A stretch of 64,000 nt of DNA from Mobula hypostoma (taxonomy: Eukaryota): the NCBI RefSeq assembly GCF_963921235.1, contig NC_086108.1, positions 31,870,001 through 31,934,000 of the forward strand, written 5' to 3'. Positions within the stretch are counted from its first letter, which is position 1, and each line of letters opens with the position of its first letter. The position numbers and the translations under genes were made by a program. Positions 13,480 through 26,010 of the stretch are shown one piece after another. The notes beneath the pieces were generated by a model. That model saw only the letters and a program-made list of their open reading frames with translations, was not told where the DNA came from and ran no database searches.

Positions 13480-15777
13480 CGTCAATCCTTTAAGTGTCAT
13501 TTGCCAGTCCTCCTCTTATTGTTACTGTCAGACATGCCCTCTTCCTATTGTTACTGTCAGGAAGGAGGTACAGAAGCCTGAAAGCACACACTCAGTGATT
13601 CAGGAACAGCTTCTTTCCCTCTGCCGTATGATTCCTGAATGGGCATTGAACCCATGAGCACTACTTGCCCCTTTTTTTAAAACCTATATTATTTCTGTTT
13701 TTGCACTAATTTTAATCTGTTCTATATACATATACTGTAATTGATTTACAACTTCATTTTGTTTTTTCTTTCTGTATTACCACATATTACACTGTACTGC
13801 TGCTACTAAGTTAGCACATTTCACGACACATGCTGCTAATAATAAACCTACTTCTGATTTCTAAACCCTTGTGTACCTGTGCTGCTGCCTCCAGAAATCT
13901 GTTGAATGTTCCCCAGTACTTCCTGGATCATTATCATCCATTGTGCATGTCATGCTCTTATTAGTCCTCCCAACCTTGCAGTCATTTCCAATCCATTTCA
14001 TTTGTTACTCTTCATTTTGATTTCTTAATATTTATTGGTTATTTATTTATTTATTATTTTTATCTTTTGTATTTGAGCAGCTTGTTGACTTTTACACACT
14101 GATTGTTCGCCCTGTTGGGTGCGGTCTTTCATTGATCCTATTATGGTTGTAGGATTTATTGAGTATGCTCACAATAAAACAGATCTCAGGGTTTTTACAT
14201 GTTGACGTATACGTACTTTGAACTTTAATATGGTCTCTCCACTGGAGAAAACAAATACAGATAGGATAACTGCTTTGCGGGCCATTTTTGTTTTGTTCAG
14301 TCTGCAAGTATGACCTTAAGCTTCTATTGCCTGTCACTTGTTCTGCTTTTCATCCCTACCTGTAGTTTCCTGCATTGTTCTAACAAGGCACAACACAAGC
14401 AGTTTGCGTTTCGTGTGAGCACAGTGCAGTTACTGTATGACCTGAGTGTTTCCATAATTTTCTGTTTTTATTTGAGTTCCAATATTCTCTTGTCTGTAAC
14501 ACTTCCTTTTGTTTTACCATTTTTACCACAGAACTCTCATTATTACTTTATTATTTTGAACTAAATCTAATTATGCCTTGAGTTAGTAAATTAGCTTAAG
14601 AAATAAAAGTGCAGCCTGATTTCTCAGTTCTCATTTACTTCCAACTTACAAGCCTCATTCCCACACAAACCCATTGCTCCTTGGCATGCAAAACTTTATC
14701 AGTTTCATTTGAATATTTCTGTCAGTAACCAGTCATGCATGCATATATGTTACTCATCTGTAACCTTTTGTTCCAATATAATAAGATGAATTATTCAATT
14801 TTATATGTTTATACCTCAGCCACAATTACAGTCACACATCTATATCTGGGCCTTGTAAAATAAACTCAAAATATGCATGCTGTGAATCTATGAAAGTGTA
14901 TGTTTCTGGAAAATGTGCCGGTTGATGAAGGGAAATCTCCATAGATAATTTATAAATCTCCAAGGTATGCAGTCACATAATGATGATGAAGAAGCAGGGC
15001 CCTTAACGTGAGAGAGCAAAACATTTTCTTAAAAATGGGATTAGCAATATATCCCATATGGTGTCAGTGGATTGCTTCAAATATCATAAATGCTCCAGAT
15101 GCTAATAAGGATGCCTTTTGGAAGACCACAACCAATAAACACAGAAGTAATGTCGTTGTTAAGAAACGTCAAATTAAAGAACAATGATTCCATGCCTGGT
15201 ACTCATTGCAGTCCCTCAACGTGAACTCTTCACAGAAGACTTCAATAAGGAATCCCCTCAGGTAGCCAAAAAACCACGGAGTAGAGACAGGAAGCAAAAA
15301 TGATTGCCCCTGTGGTTAGATCCAGCCTGAACTTGCGAATGGTGGTATTATACTTCATAATTTAATGGATCATTATGACCTAATCACCCATTGCAAGTTC
15401 AAAGTAAATATTGCTGGCCCAGTAGTTCAAAGGTTTTCTCACATTGAACTCTGATAATTAGTTTGCAATATGTTGTGGCCACAAAATTTAACAACCTGTA
15501 TCCACCTGGCAGGTGGATTTTAAAAATGATGTGTCAAAGTTCTATTTGACTACTAATACAGTACACCATCTCTGAACTTATCAAAGATATCTTAAACAAT
15601 GATTTGTCATACATATTGATATATTTCTGTCTGCTCACTCAGACATTTGGGACTGGATAACAGTAATATTGGTTGGGTTTGTGCTTCTTTCTTTTTGACA
15701 ATACTCTTCATTTTGCTCTGCTAAAGCAGGGTGGATTTCAATCCTGAGTGATTTTCAAAATTTTGGGCAGAAGTTCT

Positions 15778-17615
15778 TACAGATGCTGGAAATCCAGAGC
15801 CACATGCATAAAGTGCTGGAGGAACTCAGAAGATCAGGCAGCTGATGTTTCCAACTGAGACACTTCATCAGGTTGGAGAGGAATGGGGAAGATGCAGAAA
15901 TAGGTGGGGGGGTGGGAAGGAAGGACATATTAGGAGGTGATCGGTGAACCCCGGTGAGTGGGGAAGGGGAGAATAAAGTAAAAATCTGGGAGGTGATAGG
16001 TCTTCCTCTCAGATGCCTTCTCTAGCTATTTGCCTTTTCCATCCATCACCTCCCAGCTTCTTACTTCATACCCCCTTCCCCACGCACCTGGATTCACCTA
16101 TCACTTTCTAGCTCAGGGATAGGCAACCTACGGCCCGTGGGCCAGATCCGGCCCACGAGCAAATATTGGGATACTATGCTTATCCGGCCCACAAATTATT
16201 TTTCCTTATTCTGAGTGTTTCACACAACCACACCAATGGACATGCACATGAACCTGGGGCCTGTGTCTTGTTACACTGGCCCCAGGTTCCGTTTTGTTCC
16301 ACACCAAACACTGGTATATACGAATGACGGGAAGGCAGACTACCTTATTAATATGTATTAGATATCTCCGTGCGCAGGTTTTCAGATGGGATCGTTCAAA
16401 TTTGTAAACAAAAACAGTGTCACTGTTCTAACAAGAAATCCATGCTAAATATCCAGATATTTACATGAGCTATGATACTTGTTGAATAACTCTCGTTTTG
16501 AAATAAAATCGAAGAAAAAAATTCCAATGGCAATGAATGCAAAACGCAGGAAGGTGGACACTGAGTTCCGAAATTTCCAAGATACTTGGACACGAGATTA
16601 CTTCTTCATCGAGCAAGCTTGGAAACCAGTTTGCCTTATTTGCCTAGAAAATGAGACAAAGATCCAAAATTGAGAAAAGAGTTTTCATCTCGTTTTGCTG
16701 ATTTTCGCTTGCGTGCAAATGAGTTCAAGCTGTTTGCTACTCCATTTGATGTGGAAGTGGACACTGCATCAGAAATTTTTCAAATGGAATTGATTGAGAT
16801 GCAGTGTGATGACATATTGAGATCAAAATTTCATTCTGAAGGTGTGTCAGTGCTTGACTTCTATAGAAACTATATTCATCCAAGCGGGAAGTATCCTAAC
16901 TTAGTGGACCATGCAAAAAAGATGGCCTCATTGTTTGGCATCACTTATCTGTGTGAGCAATTATTTTCAAAAATGAAGCACACCAAGAACCATTTGAGAA
17001 CAAGATTGACTGATGCCCATCTGGATAATGTCTTCCGCTGGGCATCAACAAGTCTGACACCCAATATTGAGAAGCTTTCAAGCAACAAACAGCATCAAGT
17101 TTCACATTGATTTATTGACTGTTTGCATTAAAATTTTCTTTTTTATTATACTTAATTTACCACCATTCAGTGCATCATGTTCATACATTTTATGTTTAAA
17201 GGTTCTTTGTGTCCCTTTAATAGATTCAAAAGATGCCTTGATTGAAATAAATTGCAAGTAAACTGAGTTCTTTAATTACTAATTGGCATCCTTGGTTAAG
17301 CACAAATGATTTTCTAGCATGCGTTATTCATTAATTTGAGGCAAAACATAAATGGATGTATTTAAATGGATAATTCCCATATTTCAAGTTCTTTTATGGC
17401 ATTTATCTGGCCCACAGAAGCAAAAAGGTTGCCGACCCCTGTTCTCGCTTGTCCTCCTCCCCCTCTCCCCCCCCCCCATCAGCGTCTTTTTATTCTGGCA
17501 TCTTCCCCCTTCCTTTTCAGTCCTGATGAATGGTCTTGCCCCAAAATGGCAACTGTTTATTCATTTCCATAGATGGTACCTGACCTGAGTTCCTCCAGCA
17601 TTTTGTATGTTGACT
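15778..17615. mobile_element. Older Penelope-like fold-back element, interrupted by a hAT
   Basis: Minus arm 15778-16000 (agatgctggaaatcc...ggaggaactcag). Plus arm 16000-16113 and 17442-17615, ending gacctgagttcctccagcattttg. Decayed hammerhead at ~17518-17555. Confidence 0.7.
16114..17441 (+). mobile_element. hAT (Charlie/SPIN-like) DNA transposon, internally deleted
   Basis: Terminal inverted repeats (TIRs) cagggataggcaacct / aggttgccgacccctg; 8-bp TSD ttctagct / ttctcgct. Transposase N-terminus (KRRKVDTEFRNFQDTW...KPVCLIC) directly abuts the C-terminal dimerisation region (LFGITYLCEQLFSKMK...RTRLTD). Confidence 0.9.
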
Positions 17616-18429
17616 TGCAAAATTGTTTCTTTGGCCAATTCTTTTTTGTGTGTCCTCACACACTATTTAATTTGCCTTGCTTCTTTTAAGTCATATTTAT
17701 AAAGGTTGGAACATATCAACCACTTAAAATTTAGCAGAAAAAGGTGGCACATTTCTCACTGTTTGGTATCCAAATCTGTTGATTCTGCCAGAGTTCATCA
17801 ATACAAAAAAAAATGAGAGCAGTCCAAACCTCTCAAGTGTGCCCAGCTGTTCACTGTGGTCAGGACTGATTTGACTCGGGCCAATCTTTTGAAAACTTCT
17901 CTTTTTCTCAAAGAGTGTTCAAAATGGAGAATTGTAGAAATTCACTACCTCTTGGGGAACAAATTCTTAGGCATCTGTTTTAAATAACTATCCCTTTATT
18001 TGAGACTCACAAGGTCACAGCATTAGTATCCTGCCTCCTGAAAGGACTCTTTTATTCTGACTTGTCTTCTGTGGAGTTACCAATTCTAAAATGCACATTA
18101 ATGCACTTCTCTCAAAACTGTGAGCTCTTTTGTATTTAAAGATGACCTGGATAAGGGGATAAAATCCAAACAATTACACATTCTCCAATCAGGCAGAGAT
18201 AAAGCAGCTTTATACAGTTTTCCATTAGCAACATTAAATGACAGAGGTATTAATAAGGTGAGGTCATGGACAGTGTTTGCGTAAAACAAGTTTAAATGTG
18301 AGTAAATATGGTCATTAACTTTGCACCAAAATAGGATAGAACAGAAAGCATCTTTAAATCTTTGAATATCATAAATGTTTGAAGATTATCTATCTTTAAA
18401 AATAAGCTTTAGCTTTATTTGTCACACTA

Positions 18430-18810
18430 GGGCTTTTCTCTTTGGAGTGAAGTAGGATGAGAGTAACTTGATAGATGTATACAAGATGATAAGAGGCATA
18501 GAGTGATTAGCCAGAGACAGTTTTTCCAGAGCATAAATAGCTAATACAAGGGGGCATAATTTTGAGGTGATTGGAGGGAAGTGTAGGGGGGACGTGTCTT
18601 TACACAGAGTGGTGGGTGTGTGGAATGCCCTGTTGGGTGCTGGTAGAGGCAGATACATTAGGGGCATATAGGGAACTCTTATTAAGGCACAAGGGTTTTA
18701 GAAAAATGAAGGGCTATGTAGGAGGCAAGAGTTTGATTGATCTTAGAGTAGGTTAAAAGGTCAGCATGACATCATGGGCCGAAGGGCCTGTATTGTGCTG
18801 TAATATTCTA
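18430..18810 (+). mobile_element. CR1 LINE 3' fragment
   Basis: Similar to CR1 3' ends (ttacacagagtggtgggtgtgtggaatg...gggccgaagggcctgtattgtgctgta). Confidence 0.75.
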
Positions 18811-19579
18811 TCTTCTGTGTACATTGAAACATACAGTGAATTGTGTCATTTACATCAATGACTAACACAGTCCAAGATGTGCAGCCCACAATTGTTGCCG
18901 CGCTTCCATAGCCAAAATAACATGCCCACAACTTGACAACCCTAACCCATACATCTTTTGGTGTGTGGGAGAAAACTGGAGCACCAGGAGGAAACCAAAA
19001 GAAAAGTAATGAAATACTGGCCTTTATATTTAAAATTGTTCTGCAGATGCATTGTATAAAGCCCAAGGTAAATTACACTTGGACAGTTTGAGCAGATCTA
19101 TGCACCACAGCTTAGGGAGGATGTATTGGCTTTGGAAATGCAGCACTGATTTACTGTAATGATACCTGGTCTTGGAGGTCAGGTTTCGAGAAAAGTTTGT
19201 ACAAACTGGAGTTCAAATTTAGAAGACTGAGATTTGTTTCTAAAGATTTTAATTGAAACTGGCAGGGAAGATGGAGCGAAACTGTTTTCATTTATTGGAA
19301 AACCTAGAAATGAAGATATAATTGAAAAGTAATACTGAAGCTGGGAAACCTTTCAAAATAGTTGTTGAAGAAATTTAGAAAACTCAAAAATCACCGTTTA
19401 TTCTAGATTAGCTTTATATGTGAAATGAATATATTTAGTTAGCCATAGCTATATTTGTCAATGTAGAAAAGAGGGACTTGTGGAGTTTGTTCACAGATCC
19501 ACTGTATTAAATGGTGGAACAAGCGTAAAGGGGTTGGATAATTTCCTGTTCCTTTGCTATTCATCCTGGATTCAAATAT

Positions 19580-20075
19580 AAATTGGCAAAAAATGCGGGA
19601 AGAACTTGGCAGGCCAGGCCACATCTATAAAAAAGAGTAAACAGTTGACATTTTGGGCCGAGACTCTTCATCAGGACAGGGGAAAAAGAGATGAGAAGTC
19701 AAGAGTCAGAAGGTGTAGGGAGGAGAGGAAGAAAAACAAACAAAAAGGTGTAGCCATGGGAACTTGCTTAGGTCCCAGCTATAACTGGCTTTTTGTCGGC
19801 CACTTGGAACAGTCTATGCTCCAAGCCTACATCGGTATCACTCCCTAATTCTTCCATCGCTACATGGACAACTGCATTGGTTCTGCTTCCTGCACCCATA
19901 CCGAGCTCATCGACTTCATCAACTTTGCCTCCAACTCCCACCCTGCCCTCAAATTTACCTGTGCGTTTCCGACACCTCGCTTCCCTTTCTCAATCTCTTA
20001 CTCTATCTTAGGAGACAGAATATCCACTGATATGCTTTATTAAGTGCAGTGATTCTCACAGCTGCTTGGACTATA
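19580..20075. mobile_element. Penelope-like element fragment with RT motifs
   Basis: Plus strand 19740-20075 reads QKGVAMGTCLGPSY...RYMDNCIG...FINFASNSHPALKFT (PLE RT). An inverted terminal piece with a decayed hammerhead lies at 19642-19678. Confidence 0.8.
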
Positions 20076-20079
20076 CGGG

Positions 20080-21908
20080 ACTGGTATACACCTCGCTGTG
20101 GTCAGAGAGTAGGGCATCACTCCTGACCTCAGTTGGATATGGTACTCTTCTTTCTGTACCCCCAGTCCTGTGAACACTCTGGGTACTTCTGTCACTGAAC
20201 ATCATTTAGTGAATCCAACCTTACAATGAGGTTTAGCTTCTTGATGGCATGCCGTCCCAGTAGTGGTGAGAAGAGATTTTGAACAACATGAGCATCCTCT
20301 TTTTTTACGGATGGAAGTAGTAAGCATTCCTTTCACACTGAGGTTGTGTTTCCCTGGCCACATGGGCATTTTCTTTGTTGGGTTTAGTGTAATATCTGTT
20401 TTCTTCACCTGGGGATGGCTGTGACATCTGTCCCAAGTCCAGTTTGAACGTCACCACCTCATTTTGTAACTGAACCGTAGTACACCAGCCTTATCTATTT
20501 GAATCTAGAGCCCCAAGAAAAGCTCTCTCTTCATCTGAATCATGTTCTTCATGAACAGTTTTTGAGTGACAGTGGCTTTTATCATGGATGGCATTTCACT
20601 TCTTGTGCTTTTCAGAGCTCTTTGATTTGTAGAATGAAGACTTACCACATCTGCAGTATTCTATTTTACCTGTTCTTTGTTTCACTTATCTGATTTGTTT
20701 GAGCTGAGCTCTATTGTAACCTCTTTCTGTAGTCTTTGACTGAATCTTGTTTGTACCCTTCTATTTTGGACAGCTTTCTAGCCTTACCTCAGCATTGTTT
20801 TTGTGCCTGAGTTCTGCCGGTTGCTGACAAACATGCCCACTGTGCCTGACTATAGTAATACCTTTCTCTGGTGTGAGATTTGCCTGCAACTGATGTCTCT
20901 GACAATTTAGTGTATAGTAGCCCAACAACAATCCCGTCTATTGAGCTCATCGCTCAGATTTCGAAATGCACAGTCATCTGATAGGCCCATATAATGCTAT
21001 GAATAAGTCATTTGCACTTTCATCTGGCTCCTGTTTTCTGGAATTGAACTTTGCCCTCTCGAAGTACATTTTGCTTTCCTGTGAAATATTCTTTGAATTT
21101 GCCCTGTACTGTTTTATACTCCTTTTTCTGAACACCTGCCAGTCCTAGTCCACCCATGATGTCATCTGCTTTATCACACATGCAGTTTATCAGTGTGCTC
21201 ACTTTATGCTCTTCTGAAACCTGAGCGAGTTTACTTGCAACCCTAAATCTCTCAAAGCATCTGAGCCATCTCAAAGTCCTCTGGTTTAGAGAAATCAAAT
21301 GTCCTGGATGGAGGCAGGGGTTTTATTAGATAGTAGATGTAGGTACTAAACTGCAAGTATTTACTCCATTTTCCTGCTTTGTTGTTTAATATTTTCTTTA
21401 TTTGGACTACAAAAGTCTTTCTTTGCTCTCCTTGAGAGTTTGACTACCCGGCTGAGTCTGTGTCTCTGTGCGCTTCCCCAGGCTAGTGGCCCACAAATTA
21501 TTACAATGCATCCACTTTCGGATGTAGCTTGAAGTTGTTGCCTAGCAACTCTGGCCCTTTCTCAGCTCAGTCTCATGGTGGATGCGCTTAGCAAACTAGC
21601 ATAGGCAGTTTAGGTTGATAAGTCTCTGGATATTTTTCATAGATATATGTGAACAAGAACAGTCTTACTGTAAGTTGTTTCTTGTTGGGGATCTCACTTG
21701 GTCTGTAGCACCAATTCATTGATGATCAACCACTTCTGACATCATGGTGTTCAGTATTGAGGGAGAGTGCAGAGCGCACCAGGACACCAGCATGCAGGAC
21801 ACTCAACTGAACTTTATTGATAATCCTGCTTGTATAGTATATGAATTCCTCCCATGTGGGAGTGGCACAGGAATGACGCTATGAACTACCTCTTCAGGTA
21901 CTTGTACA
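20080..21908 (-). mobile_element. Gypsy LTR retrotransposon remnant (gag, PBS, 5' LTR)
   Basis: Minus ORF 21020-21298 is gag-like (FERFRVASKL...KVSTLINCMCDKADDI). Primer binding site (PBS)-like tgatgtcagaagtgg at 21730-21744 lies next to a putative LTR at ~21745-21908. Confidence 0.65.
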
Positions 21909-22092
21909 GAACTGAAATTGCTACATTTTGAAAGACCAGCCACTTTCACCAAGTATACAAAGTCAAAGATGCTAATCATAGGCCAAGCACCCACTGCAGC
22001 TTTTAAATTTCCTCTGCTCAGCTCTTGGGCTGTGATGTGGAATGCAGAGTACTGTTGGTGAGCAGGGTTTCAACCCAATTTTAGCTGAATCT

Positions 22093-22317
22093 AGCAACAC
22101 ACATCAAAGTTGCTGGTGAACGCAGCAGGCCAAGCAGCATCTGTAGGAAGAGGTGCAGTCGACGTTTCAGGCCGAGACCCTTCGTCAGGACTAACGAAGG
22201 GTCTCGGCCTGAAACGTCGACTGCACCTCTTCCTACAGATGCTGCTTGGCCTGCTGCGTTCACCAGCAACTTTGATGTGTGTTGCTTGAATTTCCAGCAT
22301 CTGCAGAATTCCTGTTG
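22093..22317. mobile_element. Penelope-derived fold-back insertion: perfect 93-bp inverted repeat plus ~31-nt tail
   Basis: Arms 22093-22185 and 22194-22286 are exact reverse complements around an 8-nt loop. 15-bp TSD tttagctgaatctag at 22080-22094 and 22318-22332. Confidence 0.92.
22156..22193 (-). ncRNA. Minimal type I hammerhead ribozyme motif
   Basis: Reverse complement reads tagtc-CTGACGA-agggtctcggcct-GAAAC-GTC-gactg. Confidence 0.65.
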
Positions 22318-23143
22318 TTTAGCTGAATCTAGTTGACTTTGCACAAATGAATCTGCTGTGCCTTGTAAAAAGTTCATGTAATGTACATTCTTTGAGTTAG
22401 TTTATCTTTCTGATTGATGGAGCACTCGTATAATGGAAAGAAAAGCCTTGTATTTGTACAAGTGAGGAGAAGAACTTTTTTAAGTCTGTAATCTCTAGAT
22501 GTTGTACAGTATTCATGTGCTCACTTTAATAGATGTAACTTACTGCAATGCAGATAGATCTATACGTGGTCTGTGCCTAATCCACCGAAAAATCCCATCA
22601 GTCCATTTTTCCTCTTATTTTCCCGTAGCCCTGCAACATGTTCTCTCACATATGCCCACCAACATCCTTCTGATTCTTTTGTCTCTTCATTTACTAAGAG
22701 GTACTTCTACCCTTGTTGAGGGGTGCCTTTACAGTAGCCAATTGACTTATTGACTTAACAGCACTTATTTAGGATTTTGGAACTGGAGCACCAAATATGG
22801 AGTAGAAATCCATATTTGCAGGGAAATCCACTCTCCAAAGCTTGGGTCTTTGAAGCAATGAGACAACAATACTGAATACTGTTGCTATTGCCTTTACCAC
22901 AAGCTTTTGAAACCTACCGGTTGCATTGGCTGATGGATCTTCCACAAGTAATTTGATCGATAGTATTTGTTGAATGAAATAGTATATTAATAAGACACTA
23001 GTAAATTACTCTTGCTTTCAGTAATGTTGTATTATTTTAAGCTGATATGGGGGAAAAAAGTATCAAGAAAGGTCAATCTAACAGTGTAATCCTGTAATCA
23101 TTGTATCATTTTGAACGAAAATATTTTGTCTCCTACCCTCTAG

Positions 23144-23241
23144 GTGATTGACGGAGCAGGATTAGATGTGGATTTCTATATTTCATCTCCAAATGGAAAC
23201 ATTCTGTACTTTGATCAGAGAAAATCTGATGGCGTGCACAG
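23144..23241 (+). CDS. TMED5: TMED5 (p24 gamma) coding exon 2
   Basis: Acceptor ccctctag and donor gtaagt; 98 nt; [32 protein letters not shown] matches the TMED5 GOLD domain. Confidence 0.93.
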
Positions 23242-25444
23242 GTAAGTGACAGACACTGTAACATTATTCATCTTGGAAGTTTGTCTTGTCAAAAACATTA
23301 AATGTACTTTGTCATTGAATTCAGTTTGAACTTTAAACTGAGTAACTCATTTAATTATTTTATACCACATACATTTTGTCTTCTGTGACACATGGGGAGT
23401 GCAGACTGAGCGATAAGTATAAGACCATAAGACACTGGAGCTGAATTAGGCCATCAGCCCATCAAGCCTGCTCCCCCATTCCATCATACCTGATTTCTAT
23501 CCTACACCAGCCTTCTCCCCATAACCTTTGATGCCATTCTAATCAAGAATCTATCAAGTTCTGCTTACCTAAACATAGTAATTTGTATCTCACTTAGAAC
23601 TCAGGGTGTGGATGTAGAAATAAATGTTCAAAATGACACCTAATGAGTATCAGCAGCCACTTTCCTTTGAAACCATTAGATGCTGGCTGTCAGGTGCTGG
23701 GGGCAATGTCCTGTTGCCCCATTGGTTAGCTTGTAGTTTTTTTTTCTTCTAATGAAAGATAGTTCCACATTCTTCATCATTGGGACTTAGTGTCTTCCCT
23801 GCCATTTCTGTTTTCTATTAATTCCCCAGCTTATTTAATATAACCAATGGTTCCCAGTCCTGTTGCTTATCACATTGTATGCCTTTTCTTTCAGTCAATA
23901 GCATCTTTAACTTTTTACCCTCTTTCTAGAACCTTTGGTGAGATTTGTGAAATGCCTCCATAAATGTCTGCCTCTGCTGTCTTACATTTTAATTTATTTT
24001 CCAAACTGCTTGTCAATTCTATCCTTGTGACATTTCAAGCTTTTCTCCTAACCTGTCTAAAGATCTTTCAGATCAATTTATATGTCATGGAGCTAATATC
24101 AGATGATTCCAGTAGATAGTTTCATTATCTCCAGTTTAAAGTTAATGCCATAATCGATTAAATTCAAACCAAGGTAAAATATCCAGCACTCCCAAAATAC
24201 ATTTTACCAATTTATGAAATGGTATGAATGTTGCAAAACATTGCTTAATATATCACATAGTTCCAAGTTACAGAACAATGAACTTCAAAGCTTAATTGAC
24301 AGTTATAATTGTGAATCTTTCTCAAGTAGGCTACAGATATCATTTCCAAATTTTTTCTGCCCTCCTAAATCCTTTTTTTTAAAAAAAAATGGATTTCCAG
24401 CTGGTGCTGGAAATTTGGAATTAAAAACAGAAATTGCTGGTCAGGTAGCATCTATGGAAAAACAGTTAAGTTTCAGATAATCACACAACAGGTGTTTGCT
24501 TGAGGTATTAACTCTTTATCCATTTCTAGAGATGCTTCCTGACCTAAGTCTTTACAGTGTTTTCTGTTTATAGTTGCTCTCTGTTCCGAGTTCTTTGAAT
24601 AGTAAATAACTGTTTGCAGTGCATACATGACATTGGTGTACATTTACATGGTTTCTGATCCCAGTGATGTTTACCATCAGATGGTAGGGAAGGTGTGGCA
24701 CCATATAGAAATATAGCACAAATTATGGAAACAGGTTTGCAAATGGCATGCTCCCAGAATTATCTGAATTTTAAAGTGAGTAAAGAGAGGTTTTCAAAGC
24801 TTCATACATTCCCAAGGATTCCATAGTCCTAATGTAAGAAACACAGCTACCAATTTGTGCAAAACTGTTCTGCGGATGCCAAGGAGTCAAATGCTTAGGA
24901 AATAAGTCAATGAAATAAATTCCAGGAGCTGAATGGTGGGGATTAGCATCTAGAATCTGAGTGAAAATATTAACACTGTTAATTGTATTGATTTGACTTG
25001 TACCTGTTTTGTACCAAGAGATATCATGTGATTTAATAATACATTTATGAAACGGCAAGTATTTGTTTTGGCAGGGATTTGTGGGGAAAAAAACTTGAGT
25101 GGTTGAAAAGTTGATCACCAGCTAACATCACCCCACAAACCAACCTTATCCAACAGTTTTCTATACATGACTAGCCAGAGCGCCATCTTTGGCAGATTTC
25201 ATTTTTTTACAAATGTGCACATAATATATTAAAAGCAACTCATTGAAGTTTAATTTTGCTTTTAAATCAAAATAGTCTATAAGCAGCAGTGTATTTTTGA
25301 CACATGTGAGATATATTGATCTGCATTATGATGCAGGATTTAGTGTTTGAATGTTTGTTCTGCACAGTTTGATACACATTCCATATTATAATACCCACCA
25401 AAGCTTTTTAAAAAATTAATTAAGTTTGAAGTGACAGGCAAGAG

Positions 25445-26010
25445 TGAGTGATGGCCTCCTTCAGTCAGAGCTGACCATGGAGATTGCATCCTAGCTGTCT
25501 GGATCTGCAAGCCTAGACAGTATGATATGGAGAGCAAGTAAACTCCCTCTCCACGCAACTGATGAACCTAAAGGAACAGCAGGGATCTTTACATTTTGGT
25601 ACCAGCAGCGTCGCAGGAGTTGCCAGTCAGCATTGAACTCAGTGTAGGACTGCCTTAAGGACTCCAGCTCTGGATTTTCCCTCTGGGTCTACTGTCAAAG
25701 CCTTCCCCGTGAGTGGGTATAGCTACAAGGCAGTGGAAGTTTGAGATCAGAGTTTTCCTTCTAAGTGAGCTGCCAACCACGGCTGTCGAGCCCCATCTGC
25801 CCAAAGTGACTCGTTTTAAGGCGCCAGTAATCTGCCTTTGCGCCTTCTCCTGTCAATAGAAACTGTTCCACTGGGCTTAGTAGCTAAGCCACACATGAAG
25901 GCCGGGAGCTGGACTTGGTTGTATGAGGCTATTTCAGGCACATGCCATGTGGAGCATTTAATAGGTTGTAGGATCATGCCTGTTACCACCCCAGCTTATA
26001 ACAACCTTAA
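25445..26010 (-). mobile_element. RTE-like retroposon remnant
   Basis: Degenerate; resemblance by pattern only. Confidence 0.35.

Larger units (their letters stand above)
11225..13509 (-). mobile_element. CR1 LINE (family A), 5'-truncated, open RT ORF 11497-13083
   Basis: 528-aa ORF with [21 protein letters not shown] and KFADD; (acatagaa)n tail at 11225; gacat repeated at both junctions. Confidence 0.95.
4540..13860 (+). mobile_element. Rex/Babar-type LINE, interrupted by a minisatellite expansion (5160-11095) and a CR1 insertion (11225-13509)
   Basis: Degenerate RT motifs [52 protein letters not shown] and ESILTGCITVWYG. The LINE sequence resumes at 11100-11228 and again from 13531 (gacatgccctc...caggaacagcttc), ending in aataaacctacttctgattt. 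Confidence 0.85.

Noticed and set aside
14860..15400. Repeat-poor, coding-looking stretch in intron 1
   Set aside because: The frames I tried have stops, and I recognised no protein or RNA motif. A BLASTX search would be needed.
22191..22222. Plus-strand hammerhead in the 22 kb hairpin
   Set aside because: The core reads CTAACGA instead of CTGANGA, and the 5' strand of stem I is missing because of the inversion breakpoint.
1..23143. TMED5 exon 1 (signal peptide, FTFTLPAG..ECFYQ...EYQ)
   Set aside because: No matching coding sequence or CpG-rich promoter was seen; it probably lies upstream of the window.
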